A stretch of 64,000 bases of DNA from Escherichia phage N2, in sequence record ON645936.1; one strand, given 5' to 3'. Below are positions 49,591 to 58,799 of this stretch, in pieces. The first letter of the stretch is position 1, and each line of letters begins with the position of its first letter. A program made the position numbers and the translations under genes. Under the pieces are notes generated by a model. The model did not search any database. It saw nothing but the letters and a program-made list of their open reading frames with translations, and was not told the origin of the DNA.

Positions 49591-50244
49591 TTAAGATTTA
49601 AGTAAATCAACAATTTTAATTAACTTTTCACGCTCAGATTTAGCTTTACTACTCAATCCAGATAGTCTGAAAATTTCATCATCATATTGTTGAATAGAAA
49701 TATTCAGCTCTTCAATTTGCTTATTAAAATAATCAATTTGTTCAGAATGTTTTTCATTACTATGAACCGGTACAGGTTTTGTAGGCAATTTAGTTGAACT
49801 GGATTCATCCGGGCGATAAATTAAAATACAACTTGAACCAATCGGACATTTAGCACCAGACACATATTCTAATGTTCCGGCTTCTTTTAAAATTTCAAAA
49901 GCTAAACAGAGATGATGCCCCATATTAACATAATCTGTAGAGCGAGCTCTGACGTAATAATCATCTCCATGAGTACTAAATTTAAAGCATTTAAGGTCTT
50001 CTGTATTATTAGTTTTAAAAATCATTTGTTTATCTAGACCTTTAGCTAATCGAGCGCCCAATGCTAATAATCGTCGTTGATTTTCCCACAAATCTGCGAT
50101 CATTTGGTCAAATGATAATTTCGGCATTAGTCGACCATAAAGGTCATATCCTTTATTATAATTGCGAAGAATTTCACTCGCGTTAATGCGAGACAACGCT
50201 CCAATTTTATTAAGGGCTTTCATGATGCGATTAGATAAAAGCAT
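49591..50244 (-). CDS. hypothetical protein, apparently 5'-truncated by frameshift
   Basis: 217 aa from first ATG; frame stays open 63 codons upstream without a start. Confidence 0.5.
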   Translation of the reverse strand: MLLSNRIMKALNKIGALSRINASEILRNYNKGYDLYGRLMPKLSFDQMIADLWENQRRLLALGARLAKGLDKQMIFKTNNTEDLKCFKFSTHGDDYYVRARSTDYVNMGHHLCLAFEILKEAGTLEYVSGAKCPIGSSCILIYRPDESSSTKLPTKPVPVHSNEKHSEQIDYFNKQIEELNISIQQYDDEIFRLSGLSSKAKSEREKLIKIVDLLKS

Positions 50245-50413
50245 TCCAGACCCGTTTGTTCGTTGTAAATGTTTTTCTAATCCAAATCCAATATCAACTT
50301 TAAACTTATCTAAAATTTCGGCGTGAACATCTTTATCAATAACATTTAAATTTAGTACTGGGTTAAATTTATGAAAAAATTTATCTGACTCGTCGTGTTG
50401 AAGTACAGTCCAT

Positions 50414-50479
50414 TCATTTGATTTTTTTATTAACTAAAGATTTAATTACTGCATTGACATTATTAATTGCTACTGACAT
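50414..50479 (-). other. 21-codon N-terminal ORF fragment ending after A7 tract (50421..50427)
   Basis: ATG at 50479 (MSVAINNVNAVIKSLVNKK); removing one A joins it to 49591..50244. Confidence 0.5.
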
Positions 50480-50486
50480 ATTTTCC

Positions 50487-50894
50487 TCACTCAATTTCAA
50501 TTTTACTAAATACACAGAATATGATTGAACAGACTACATAAGCACCGCACACAGATTGAACTAATACCATCCCAAAGAACCAAACAATATTATCAAACAG
50601 TGTCTGTTTTACGTCGAAAGGACGTAAACTTACAGTAATATTATCACCTTTTTCTATTGAAGAATACATCTCTGGGGAAATATATTCACTAAATCTATAA
50701 CCGTCTTTGAGTTCATATACAGCAATAAACGATAAACTAGACCCTTTTCCTTGTGTTCCTGTGATAGTATTAACTACAGTAACATCATAATCTTTATAAT
50801 GCATATAATCATTAATTGCGTAATAACCGTATGCAATTGCTATACATAAACAACATATCAATAAATTCAATCTTTTAATTATCAACTGTTTCAT
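50487..50894 (-). CDS. membrane protein
   Basis: 135 aa with N- and C-terminal hydrophobic helices. Confidence 0.5.
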   Translation of the reverse strand: MKQLIIKRLNLLICCLCIAIAYGYYAINDYMHYKDYDVTVVNTITGTQGKGSSLSFIAVYELKDGYRFSEYISPEMYSSIEKGDNITVSLRPFDVKQTLFDNIVWFFGMVLVQSVCGAYVVCSIIFCVFSKIEIE

Positions 50895-50949
50895 AATAAT
50901 CTCAATTAAAAGGGCTTAGAACCATTATACCATCCTTGGTATAAAGCAG

Positions 50950-51477
50950 TTATGCGAGTACCGTCTTTAACCGTTCTTCAAACTTCCGAAGAGTATTTTG
51001 GCGTTCAGCTCTTTGCTTTTTGTAAGTTTCAATACGCTCTGAAATGAGAGTGTATCGTTCATTTACTGATTCTTTCATAAAATCAGGAATTTCACGAGAA
51101 GCTTTAATCTCATCAAATTTATCAATAACAGCTTGCTCTTCAGCAATTAAATTATCATACATTAAAATATCTTTCTTGATGAACTCAATATCTTCTTGAG
51201 TTACACGAGACATTTTAGATGCTTTATCCTTTTTGTAATGTTCGTTAGTATCACGAGACCAGTGTAATGTACGATTTTTATTCGTATTTTTGTAAATTTC
51301 TACAATACCAATCTCATCGATAATAACGATCCAATTCCAACGGGATTTGTAAATTTGTCCTCCATCAACCGTGATTTCACCTCCGATTGAGATGTCGTTA
51401 AAGAACTTGCTTTGTGCTTCAGATTTAAATTTACCATCGTTGTAATTTACCAAGTTGAAAATATCTTTAGCGTTCAT
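50950..51477 (-). CDS. hypothetical protein
   Basis: 175 aa; GGAGGAACAG SD; promoter 51506..51535. Confidence 0.5.
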   Translation of the reverse strand: MNAKDIFNLVNYNDGKFKSEAQSKFFNDISIGGEITVDGGQIYKSRWNWIVIIDEIGIVEIYKNTNKNRTLHWSRDTNEHYKKDKASKMSRVTQEDIEFIKKDILMYDNLIAEEQAVIDKFDEIKASREIPDFMKESVNERYTLISERIETYKKQRAERQNTLRKFEERLKTVLA

Positions 51478-51505
51478 TTTCTGTTCCTCCGTAGTTGATA
51501 GTTGT

Positions 51506-51535
51506 ATAGTACCACAGAGGAACAGTCTTGTAAAC
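51506..51535 (-). promoter_or_regulatory. sigma70-type early promoter with conserved leader
   Basis: minus strand GTTTACA-N17-TGgTACTAT. Confidence 0.5.
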
Positions 51536-51537
51536 CA

Positions 51538-51852
51538 CTAAAAGAAACTTCTTTCACAATTTTTTCCACTGAACCATGCGCTCACTGCTTTCTTAGTCTC
51601 AGGAGCAGTGTTATCCATAAACCATTCAAAGGCAGCCTTTTTATGATTCTGGAGGGCTTCTCGGGCTTTAATCTGCTCACGGTCTATTAACACTAACATA
51701 TGAGCCTTTCTTGTCACCATGGGCTTCTTATGATTTTTTGAATACTCCCAGTCATTTGTCCATCGCATTGTCGTTGCGAATTGAAATACAGCTTCTTTAA
51801 TCTTAGTTTCGTAAATTTCACGAGCCTTTGAGTATAACATCACTACCTCCAT
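51538..51852 (-). CDS. hypothetical protein
   Basis: 104-aa ORF. Confidence 0.45.
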   Translation of the reverse strand: MEVVMLYSKAREIYETKIKEAVFQFATTMRWTNDWEYSKNHKKPMVTRKAHMLVLIDREQIKAREALQNHKKAAFEWFMDNTAPETKKAVSAWFSGKNCERSFF

Positions 51853-51921
51853 TCACCAGTTTAATTCTAGTCATCTTTTTGATGGCAGTCCATATAATCT
51901 ATTTCTGAACTGCCTTTTGTC

Positions 51922-52641
51922 TTAGGATTCTTCTAAATGTCTTTTCTGAAAAGTTGATACCATACTACGATACGGTTCATTTGGATATCCGTGTTTTATA
52001 GCTTCCTTTGTAAATTTTCTCCATCCATATTTAGTTTCTTTCCAAAGCTCGAATAATTCATCTTCATACTGCCATATAGTTAAATGAGAACGCTTTGCAG
52101 CTTTAATTCCATTAATATGCTTTTCTTTTACTGCAGGATTGCTTAGTTTCTTTTTAATAATATTACTAACTTTTCTAACAAAAACTGGGTCCTTATATCG
52201 TTGCGAAGTTTTTATTGAAGTGTTTAATTTAGCTTCCGGCGTGGATGTAACCTCTTTCATCTTTTTCTTCATATGCTGTATATGATTAGGATTTTTCCAT
52301 AAATTTATAGAATGCTTTTTGCATTTTATCCTAGTTTCATCTGCAACCTTTCCTCCTTCACCCCCGTATGACAGGTTAACACAGTTTTTTCCATATTTCA
52401 ATTTACCTGCCATGATATATAATATTTCAGCTTGTACCATTTTATCATAATTATCAAAAACTTCTAAAACCGTTTTTGATAATATGTGGTCATTTGACAC
52501 TTTTACACGTTCTATATAATTTCCACTACCAACATACGAATCATTGATGTTATTAGTTATATGTCGACCATAATAGTATTTCTTAATACCTGTCTTTAAA
52601 TTTAATATTTCAGTTTTATAGATAGTAAAATATTTTTTCAT
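51922..52641 (-). CDS. GIY-YIG-like homing endonuclease
   Basis: 239 aa; FTIYKTEI...YYYGRH...YVGSG; basic C-terminus. Confidence 0.5.
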   Translation of the reverse strand: MKKYFTIYKTEILNLKTGIKKYYYGRHITNNINDSYVGSGNYIERVKVSNDHILSKTVLEVFDNYDKMVQAEILYIMAGKLKYGKNCVNLSYGGEGGKVADETRIKCKKHSINLWKNPNHIQHMKKKMKEVTSTPEAKLNTSIKTSQRYKDPVFVRKVSNIIKKKLSNPAVKEKHINGIKAAKRSHLTIWQYEDELFELWKETKYGWRKFTKEAIKHGYPNEPYRSMVSTFQKRHLEES

Positions 52642-53606
52642 TTTAATAATACCGTTTCAGCAATTTCTTCCCAATGATTTTTGTCGGTCATAATAAAGTC
52701 AGCAAGATAAAGAGCAGTACGCAGTGAAACATTGCGTAAACGATTAACATTGACTTTCATCCATGATAATGCTTTATAAGTTTCTTCATCAGAAAGACCG
52801 CGCTTTTGCATCATGTCGGTTGAAAGAATAACATCTTCAACCCTGACCATAATTTCTTCATTAGTGTGAACACCCAAATCCAAATAAACTGAGCGGGACA
52901 CTAATGCCTGTAAATGTGGAGCAAGTTTAGTACCACGGTCTAATTCGCGGTCAATGTCAACGTTTGTGATAAAAACAATCGTTCCTTTAAATTCAAACTC
53001 ACGCTCAATGCCTTTTTCTTCTAAGTAAGAAGATGCAGTGCTCCAGCAGACTTTACGGGTTTCTCCGGTGTCCAGAGCGGCTTTTAGAAGATTAAGAATG
53101 TCCATATCAGAGAAAACATCCACATCATCAATCAAAAGGACAGAATTCTCTTCACGATTATTCCAAAGCTGTTCATAAAGACCAATACCAGAGATTTTAC
53201 CATTAATGCTTTTATATTCAATGTATCCAATATCATTTGCTTTATTTAAAGCTTTATCTAAAGAATACGTTTTACCAATACCTGCTGCGCCAGAGATAAT
53301 TAATGAACGAATATTTCCATTAATAATACCGTTCGTCATCATTCCCATAACATTAAATCTTTTATTAATGCGGGTTTTCATATCTTCATATGATTCTTTA
53401 ACTTCTTCAACTTTTACACCATCATATGAAATATCTGATTTGTAAACCCAAACACCGCGACGTTTACCGTCAATTTCAACAAAAACTTTACCATCTCCTT
53501 GTGCATCTACCGGAGCATTATCTGGGAACCATTCGCCTAAGAGCTCAAAAGTTCCAGAGATTTCTTTACCAAAGTAGATACCCTTATTGATAGTTACAGT
53601 TTTCAT
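52638..53606 (-). CDS. P-loop AAA-type ATPase
   Basis: Walker A GAAGIGKT, Walker B LLIDDVD; start at ATG 53606 with GGAGAA SD. Confidence 0.6.
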   Translation of the reverse strand: MKTVTINKGIYFGKEISGTFELLGEWFPDNAPVDAQGDGKVFVEIDGKRRGVWVYKSDISYDGVKVEEVKESYEDMKTRINKRFNVMGMMTNGIINGNIRSLIISGAAGIGKTYSLDKALNKANDIGYIEYKSINGKISGIGLYEQLWNNREENSVLLIDDVDVFSDMDILNLLKAALDTGETRKVCWSTASSYLEEKGIEREFEFKGTIVFITNVDIDRELDRGTKLAPHLQALVSRSVYLDLGVHTNEEIMVRVEDVILSTDMMQKRGLSDEETYKALSWMKVNVNRLRNVSLRTALYLADFIMTDKNHWEEIAETVLLK

Positions 53607-53643
53607 TTTATTCTCCAAATCTGTATCAGTAGTTGATAGTTGT

Positions 53644-53673
53644 ATAGTACCATAAAGCTTTATGCTTGTAAAC
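53644..53673 (-). promoter_or_regulatory. sigma70-type early promoter with conserved leader
   Basis: minus strand TTTACA-N17-TGgTACTAT. Confidence 0.5.
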
Positions 53674-53700
53674 TGTTTTGTGAAAAAATTTTTGAAATAA

Positions 53701-53727
53701 AAAGGGGACCTTTAGGGCCCCTTTGTG
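53701..53727 (-). terminator. intrinsic terminator
   Basis: GGGGCCC-UAAA-GGUCCCC then UUUUUAUUU on minus RNA. Confidence 0.6.
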
Positions 53728-53732
53728 TTGAT

Positions 53733-54218
53733 TTATTCCATTTCTACTATATGCATGTTCTTTTTGCTATCAAAATATATGTTTTTAACTATTAACTCAG
53801 AATTAATTGGCAGTAAAAACTCTCTTTCATAATCTACCATACAAAGATTATCATAAAGCTTGTTAAGCTTATCATCGTCAGTTTGGCCAGATTCTTCAAT
53901 TGCGATTAAATTTTCTAAAATGTCAATCATGGCAGTCGAATAGTCGAAAACGTTTGCATTTTTTAACACTACTAAAACATTAGTCATATAGCGTTCTGCC
54001 GCAAACGTTTCAGCTATATGAGACTCACTGCTAAAGGAAGTTATTCTTTTAAATTTGATTCTCCTATTAACTTCAAACTTATAAGATAGCACTTCCTCTA
54101 TTGTAAGTCCTCTAAAAAGTATGTCTTTAATCTCAAGTTTGTCTTTAATGTAATCATTAACACGCTTATGATTAAAATCATTAATTTTGTTGCCAAGGCA
54201 TTGCATTAAAATATGCAT
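53733..54218 (-). CDS. hypothetical protein
   Basis: 161-aa ORF bracketed by promoter and terminator. Confidence 0.5.
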   Translation of the reverse strand: MHILMQCLGNKINDFNHKRVNDYIKDKLEIKDILFRGLTIEEVLSYKFEVNRRIKFKRITSFSSESHIAETFAAERYMTNVLVVLKNANVFDYSTAMIDILENLIAIEESGQTDDDKLNKLYDNLCMVDYEREFLLPINSELIVKNIYFDSKKNMHIVEME

Positions 54219-54264
54219 TGTATTCTCCTCAATTTTTAAAGAGCAATTAATTAACTACACATAT

Positions 54265-54294
54265 ATTATAATATGCTTTGTGATAGAAGTAAAC
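54265..54294 (-). promoter_or_regulatory. sigma70-type early promoter
   Basis: minus strand GTTTACT-N17-TATAAT. Confidence 0.5.
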
Positions 54295-54317
54295 AACTTT
54301 GTGACGTCATTTTAAAC

Positions 54318-54342
54318 AAAAAAAGGGAGCCCGAAGGCTCCC
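54318..54342 (-). terminator. intrinsic terminator after nucleotidyltransferase gene
   Basis: GGGAGCC-UUCG-GGCUCCC then UUUUUUUGUUU on minus RNA. Confidence 0.65.
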
Positions 54343-54344
54343 TA

Positions 54345-55358
54345 TCATTTATAATAACTTCGGTAGTTTTCAAGATAAACCCTCTCAAGGAAGTCATCCC
54401 AAAAACCCATGTCTACTTTTTGCTGCATACCGTTCTTAGAAGCTTCAATGGATGCTGCTTCTACTTGATCGACCACATCTTCCAAAAACTCTTGAACAGT
54501 TTTAAATGGGTGTTTACCCAGCTTCACGTCGAGAATAAATGGAGCGTCTTGAAGTGGATAAACCAAGTCACCAGTTTTGTAAATTTCCAATAGTTGGAGT
54601 CCACCACGACAAGCATGACTTAGAGCTTTCCAGTCAATGCCCTCATTCGCTTCAGCCTTACGAGCACGTTCGCCATATTCAGCATCAAGTTTATTCAAAG
54701 ACTGCTTAAGCTCAATAAGAGAAAGTGTTGTCTGATATTTACGACCCAACACGGTATAGAACATTTGCGGGCCTGTTTTCTCATGGTTATGGAATACCCA
54801 TTCACAGAACTCGTTTTCAGGGAGTCTGTGTTTGATATCTTCTACCTTAGTACGACGAAGTCTATCAGGGATTCCTTCTTGATAGTCGACCCACTGGTCA
54901 GGGATTTGATTAACTACTTTCAATACATCACGTAATGCGGCCAAACGAGAACCCTTGACACCGTATTTAGAAGCTTGCTTGCGGACATATCCTAAATAGG
55001 ATTTCATGTTAGTTGTATAAAACCGTGAACGATTGTCTTGGATAAATTTCCATACATCAGGCAAATCAGATTTAACCACTAGTTCAGGCGGAGTGTGAAG
55101 CATATCCAATGCTACAGTTTCACCATCTGCTGCTAATTTAAAGAAATACTTAAGACTGTACAGTTCATGGTCAATATCATCTTTGGTGTTTTTAGATGAT
55201 GTGTTGTTAGTGTTTTTACTCATATGCTCTTTAACATTTCCGATAAGAATATCGCGAGCAGGAGGAACAAAGATTTCTTTAAAATCTACATCAGATTCTG
55301 GAGTAGAAGTTCCATAAAGATGACTACCAAAATAGCTTTTCATTACTGTTTTCATCAT
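54345..55358 (-). CDS. pol-beta-superfamily nucleotidyltransferase-like protein
   Basis: 337 aa; N-terminal GSHLYGTSTPESDVDF (hG[GS]...DhD) motif. Confidence 0.55.
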   Translation of the reverse strand: MMKTVMKSYFGSHLYGTSTPESDVDFKEIFVPPARDILIGNVKEHMSKNTNNTSSKNTKDDIDHELYSLKYFFKLAADGETVALDMLHTPPELVVKSDLPDVWKFIQDNRSRFYTTNMKSYLGYVRKQASKYGVKGSRLAALRDVLKVVNQIPDQWVDYQEGIPDRLRRTKVEDIKHRLPENEFCEWVFHNHEKTGPQMFYTVLGRKYQTTLSLIELKQSLNKLDAEYGERARKAEANEGIDWKALSHACRGGLQLLEIYKTGDLVYPLQDAPFILDVKLGKHPFKTVQEFLEDVVDQVEAASIEASKNGMQQKVDMGFWDDFLERVYLENYRSYYK

Positions 55359-55816
55359 TCAGCCTTATATTCAATAACAGGACATACTTTAGCTTTACGC
55401 GCTTTTAAAAATTCGACGATAATAGATTTCTTGGGTTGAATAGGAGGTAAACCTTTATACGCCCTATCAATATTTTCTACATGTAAAGCATAATCCTTTT
55501 TCCATTTATAATCTTTATATTTTTCATGCAATTGTGCAGGAATAACAAATGAACCGATAATAAGTAAAACAAGCAAAATGGCAAGTATAAATGCTGCTGG
55601 AATAAGAGTCCATAAACTACCAAAAATAAGCCATTTCTGTATGATTTCTGCACAGATGATAGTTAGACCTGCGAGTATAGTACATCCGAAAAAAGAAACG
55701 AAAAATGTAGGAATAACAATAGACCAAAAATACGCGCATAGTGTCTTAGGTCGTTTCCATTCATCATTAAACATTTTGAATAATTTATAGTGCCAAGAGC
55801 TTTCATTAATAATCAT
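55355..55816 (-). CDS. integral membrane protein
   Basis: 153 aa with about three hydrophobic helices. Confidence 0.5.
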   Translation of the reverse strand: MIINESSWHYKLFKMFNDEWKRPKTLCAYFWSIVIPTFFVSFFGCTILAGLTIICAEIIQKWLIFGSLWTLIPAAFILAILLVLLIIGSFVIPAQLHEKYKDYKWKKDYALHVENIDRAYKGLPPIQPKKSIIVEFLKARKAKVCPVIEYKAE

Positions 55817-55818
55817 AA

Positions 55819-56340
55819 TTATCCTTTCATTGAAGGTGTAACAGTTGTTAAATACTTAATCATAGCTTCAGCTTCTGATTTTGATAATGAAATTTCTCCA
55901 TTGTTTTGACGAATAGAAATAAAATCCGGATGACGGTCACCACCAGCTTTCAAAACACACATATAAGTATCAGTTTCATCTTCAATATTTGAAATGATTG
56001 AAGCAGTTCCACATGAATGTGGTTTTTGATAAATCAATGCAGCTTTTCTTCCACCGTTTGACTGTTCATAAACTTTTAACACATCAAACAAATCACTTCT
56101 TTTATCAATAGCTAAGATGTTGTTTTCATCTTCAATGTTAAATCCTTCGGATACTTCATAAAGTGTCACCCATAAATCGCCTATATCGATAGTAGCATTT
56201 CCTTTTCCACAACTTTCAAGAGCATGACAAATTTTCTTGATTTCGTCATAACTCATTTTAATAATATCATCTCCTTGAATAAGGAAGATGTCATTTTTAA
56301 ATTCAACATGAATTAAACCACTTTCACTTGAAATAAACAT
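55819..56340 (-). CDS. hypothetical protein, paralog of 56347..56904
   Basis: C-terminal SLSKSEAEAMIKYLTTVTPSM. Confidence 0.45.
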   Translation of the reverse strand: MFISSESGLIHVEFKNDIFLIQGDDIIKMSYDEIKKICHALESCGKGNATIDIGDLWVTLYEVSEGFNIEDENNILAIDKRSDLFDVLKVYEQSNGGRKAALIYQKPHSCGTASIISNIEDETDTYMCVLKAGGDRHPDFISIRQNNGEISLSKSEAEAMIKYLTTVTPSMKG

Positions 56341-56346
56341 ATTTCC

Positions 56347-56904
56347 TCACTTTGAAATCATAGTTGGAATGACAGAATCAAGATAAGTCTTTAGCGCAAT
56401 AGCTTCGTCTTTGGTAAATGTGACAATATGTGATCGAAAATCATCAATTTGACGAATAGTTAAGACATCTCCCTCTTCATAACATTTTGATACATTTAAA
56501 AGAGTTTCATCATTCTGATTGCAATCGTTAGTAATAATAGCATTGCAATTTTTGAGCCATTTTAAACTATGTTTTCTTTCATTAGAATAATAAAAATATT
56601 TAATCTTATCTATAAAACTATCCCAATGAATAACTGATAAACACATTGACTCACTTTTAATATTAAATCCTGGGCATGAAGAATAAAAATGAATTTTGTG
56701 CTCATCATTGATGCTTACTATTTTATCAGTATAAGGATATTCAATTTGGATTAAATGAATGATTTCACTAGGCGTAAAATATAGCATATCGTCTTCTTGC
56801 GTCAAACGATACATATTATTTACTTTTTCTATAGCCAATTCACCAAAAAGCGGACTAACTTCTAATACTAATCGTTTCATATTGATTCTCTTCGACTCAC
56901 TCAC
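56347..56904 (-). CDS. hypothetical protein, paralog of 55819..56340
   Basis: C-terminal TFTKDEAIALKTYLDSVIPTM; GTG start. Confidence 0.45.
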   Translation of the reverse strand: MSESKRINMKRLVLEVSPLFGELAIEKVNNMYRLTQEDDMLYFTPSEIIHLIQIEYPYTDKIVSINDEHKIHFYSSCPGFNIKSESMCLSVIHWDSFIDKIKYFYYSNERKHSLKWLKNCNAIITNDCNQNDETLLNVSKCYEEGDVLTIRQIDDFRSHIVTFTKDEAIALKTYLDSVIPTMISK

Positions 56905-57039
56905 AATTACATACTCCTTTGAATAATATCAATAATGTTGTTCACTAGATTATAAGTAAACATTGGGTAATTATATTGAATCATCACATACACAGCAAAC
57001 AAAACTTTCATTCTCTTCTCCTTGGCAGTTGGCAAGATT

Positions 57040-57069
57040 ACTATACCATAACCTTGCCAACTTGTAAAC
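57040..57069 (-). promoter_or_regulatory. sigma70-type early promoter
   Basis: minus strand GTTTACA-N17-TGgTATAGT; -10 inside 10-bp inverted repeat. Confidence 0.5.
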
Positions 57070-57234
57070 CATTAAATGACGTTTTCAATAAAATTCTGGA
57101 GTTTTGTGTGAGCATCAACCATGATTTTCATTTCTTCCTTTGCGAAAGCTATGCCTCTTTCCCGAGAAGAACACTCATAGTCAGAAACTGCATTAGCATA
57201 TTCTTCAATTAGCTTCATTAAAAACATCTGCTTT

Positions 57235-57429
57235 TCAGTTTTCATTATTCCACCTAATCATTTCAAGATATTGAACTAACTTAGCTTTAGATTTATCCAA
57301 ATCCTTTTTAGCTGCTGCTATACCTTCGTATGAATATCCTTCACAGTGCTCAACTGCTAATTGATATGAATCTATTTCAATATCACGTGCTAATTTAATG
57401 ATTTTTTCAAACTGTTCACGTGTCAGCAT
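57235..57429 (-). CDS. hypothetical protein
   Basis: 64-aa ORF. Confidence 0.4.
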   Translation of the reverse strand: MLTREQFEKIIKLARDIEIDSYQLAVEHCEGYSYEGIAAAKKDLDKSKAKLVQYLEMIRWNNEN

Positions 57430-57431
57430 AC

Positions 57432-57650
57432 TTAAACTCTCGTATTATGATCGATAATTTCATCAAGAAACATATCTAAAGCTTCTAAAGCATTATCAAC
57501 TTTAGCTTCAAATTCTTCAATACTTGATAAGGCAAAGTTAATGCGTTCCTCATCTGCTTTGCGAATTAAAGCTACCAATTCTTTAATTTTATCTGCTTGT
57601 TCGATACTAATCATTATTCCACCACATATGAAAGAGAGAACATTGCACAC
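57432..57650 (-). CDS. hypothetical protein
   Basis: 72-aa ORF. Confidence 0.4.
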   Translation of the reverse strand: MCNVLSFICGGIMISIEQADKIKELVALIRKADEERINFALSSIEEFEAKVDNALEALDMFLDEIIDHNTRV

Positions 57651-57802
57651 GCCATATGAGTTGCAGCTTCATCACACATATCATAACGTTTCTTAAGAAG
57701 TTCTACAAGTTCTTCACTAGTAACTTCATCCATGTCGACGAAAAAATCACCATTAATGATAACGTAGATATTTCCTTCTTGATTAAGTGCTTCAATTTTC
57801 AT
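57614..57802 (-). CDS. hypothetical protein
   Basis: start reassigned to ATG 57802 with GAGGAG SD, downstream of promoter. Confidence 0.4.
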   Translation of the reverse strand: MKIEALNQEGNIYVIINGDFFVDMDEVTSEELVELLKKRYDMCDEAATHMACAMFSLSYVVE

Positions 57803-57830
57803 GATGTTCTCCTCTTTATCCGATAGTTGT

Positions 57831-57860
57831 ATAGTACCACGGCTCAAACGAAAAGTAAAC
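57831..57860 (-). promoter_or_regulatory. sigma70-type early promoter
   Basis: minus strand GTTTACT-N17-TGgTACTAT directly after terminator. Confidence 0.5.
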
Positions 57861-57870
57861 CGGTAAAATG

Positions 57871-57892
57871 AAAAAAGTCTCCCGAAGGAGAC
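57871..57892 (-). terminator. intrinsic terminator
   Basis: GUCUCC-UUCG-GGAGAC then UUUUUUCAUUUU on minus RNA. Confidence 0.65.
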
Positions 57893-57897
57893 TAATG

Positions 57898-58284
57898 TTA
57901 TTCGAGGGAAAGAAGATATTTACTCTGGTAAAACATTCCAGTAATATCATCTATCGTGCTTTGGATGGCTGGAGGCATTTCTTTATAAATGCTGTTAGAT
58001 TGGTCTAGTATGCGATCAATCATTTTAATTGTGTCGGTAGGAAGTTTACTGGCATCTGGAATTGAAGGCGTGTATTTTCTACCAGAATACCCCAAATACT
58101 GCTCACCAAATTTATCAATCAAATCTGGCAACTCAGAGAAAATAAAATCGTATGCTTTGTGTCTAGCATAACTTTTAGTTTCAAAATGTGCAGAATGAAA
58201 ATAAGCTTGTGCAGCCATTAATAAACCTAAGTATTCATCTGCCTTTGAAGGTTTTCCACTTTGTGAAAAGTCGCTGAATTTCAT
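57898..58284 (-). CDS. hypothetical protein
   Basis: 128-aa ORF coupled to rI; terminator downstream. Confidence 0.5.
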   Translation of the reverse strand: MKFSDFSQSGKPSKADEYLGLLMAAQAYFHSAHFETKSYARHKAYDFIFSELPDLIDKFGEQYLGYSGRKYTPSIPDASKLPTDTIKMIDRILDQSNSIYKEMPPAIQSTIDDITGMFYQSKYLLSLE

Positions 58285-58574
58285 TCAGTCTCCAATTTAA
58301 TGTTCATAATTCTAGCGTATGATTGTGCCATCTCCGCGCCTCGCTCTATACATTCAAAATCGGAAGAGCACGGGTCATTTTTATAAGTCGTTCGCATAAA
58401 ACTATAGAACTGTTCAGATGATTCTACGCTTTTATTTTCAAAAAGCATATAAACATGTCTAATACCAGATTCCATAAATTTATCAAAATGAGGATCGACA
58501 TTTGCTTCAATTGGTGGAGATAAAGCAAACGCTAATCCTAGCATGGCAAATAGTGCCGTTGCTTTTAAGGCCAT
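58281..58574 (-). CDS. rI: lysis-inhibition regulator RI
   Basis: 97 aa starting MALKATALFAMLGLAFALSPPIEA (signal anchor). Confidence 0.8.
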   Translation of the reverse strand: MALKATALFAMLGLAFALSPPIEANVDPHFDKFMESGIRHVYMLFENKSVESSEQFYSFMRTTYKNDPCSSDFECIERGAEMAQSYARIMNIKLETE

Positions 58575-58586
58575 AAAGGCCTCCTA

Positions 58587-58799
58587 TCATTTTTGTCCTG
58601 TATTTACTTTATGCCGGTGCACGGCCTTAACTTTATCAAGGTATTTTTCAAAATTTCGCAATCTAGTATAGTCTGCCGGAGATTGGTTGAGTGATACTTC
58701 TCGACGCAAAGCTGAAATGATATTTCCAACTTCCCTACGAATTTCATCTAATTGAAGAACAGTAAGATTGCGAAGTTGCTTTTCAGTTAATTGTAGCAT
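58587..58799 (-). CDS. hypothetical protein
   Basis: 70-aa ORF. Confidence 0.45.
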
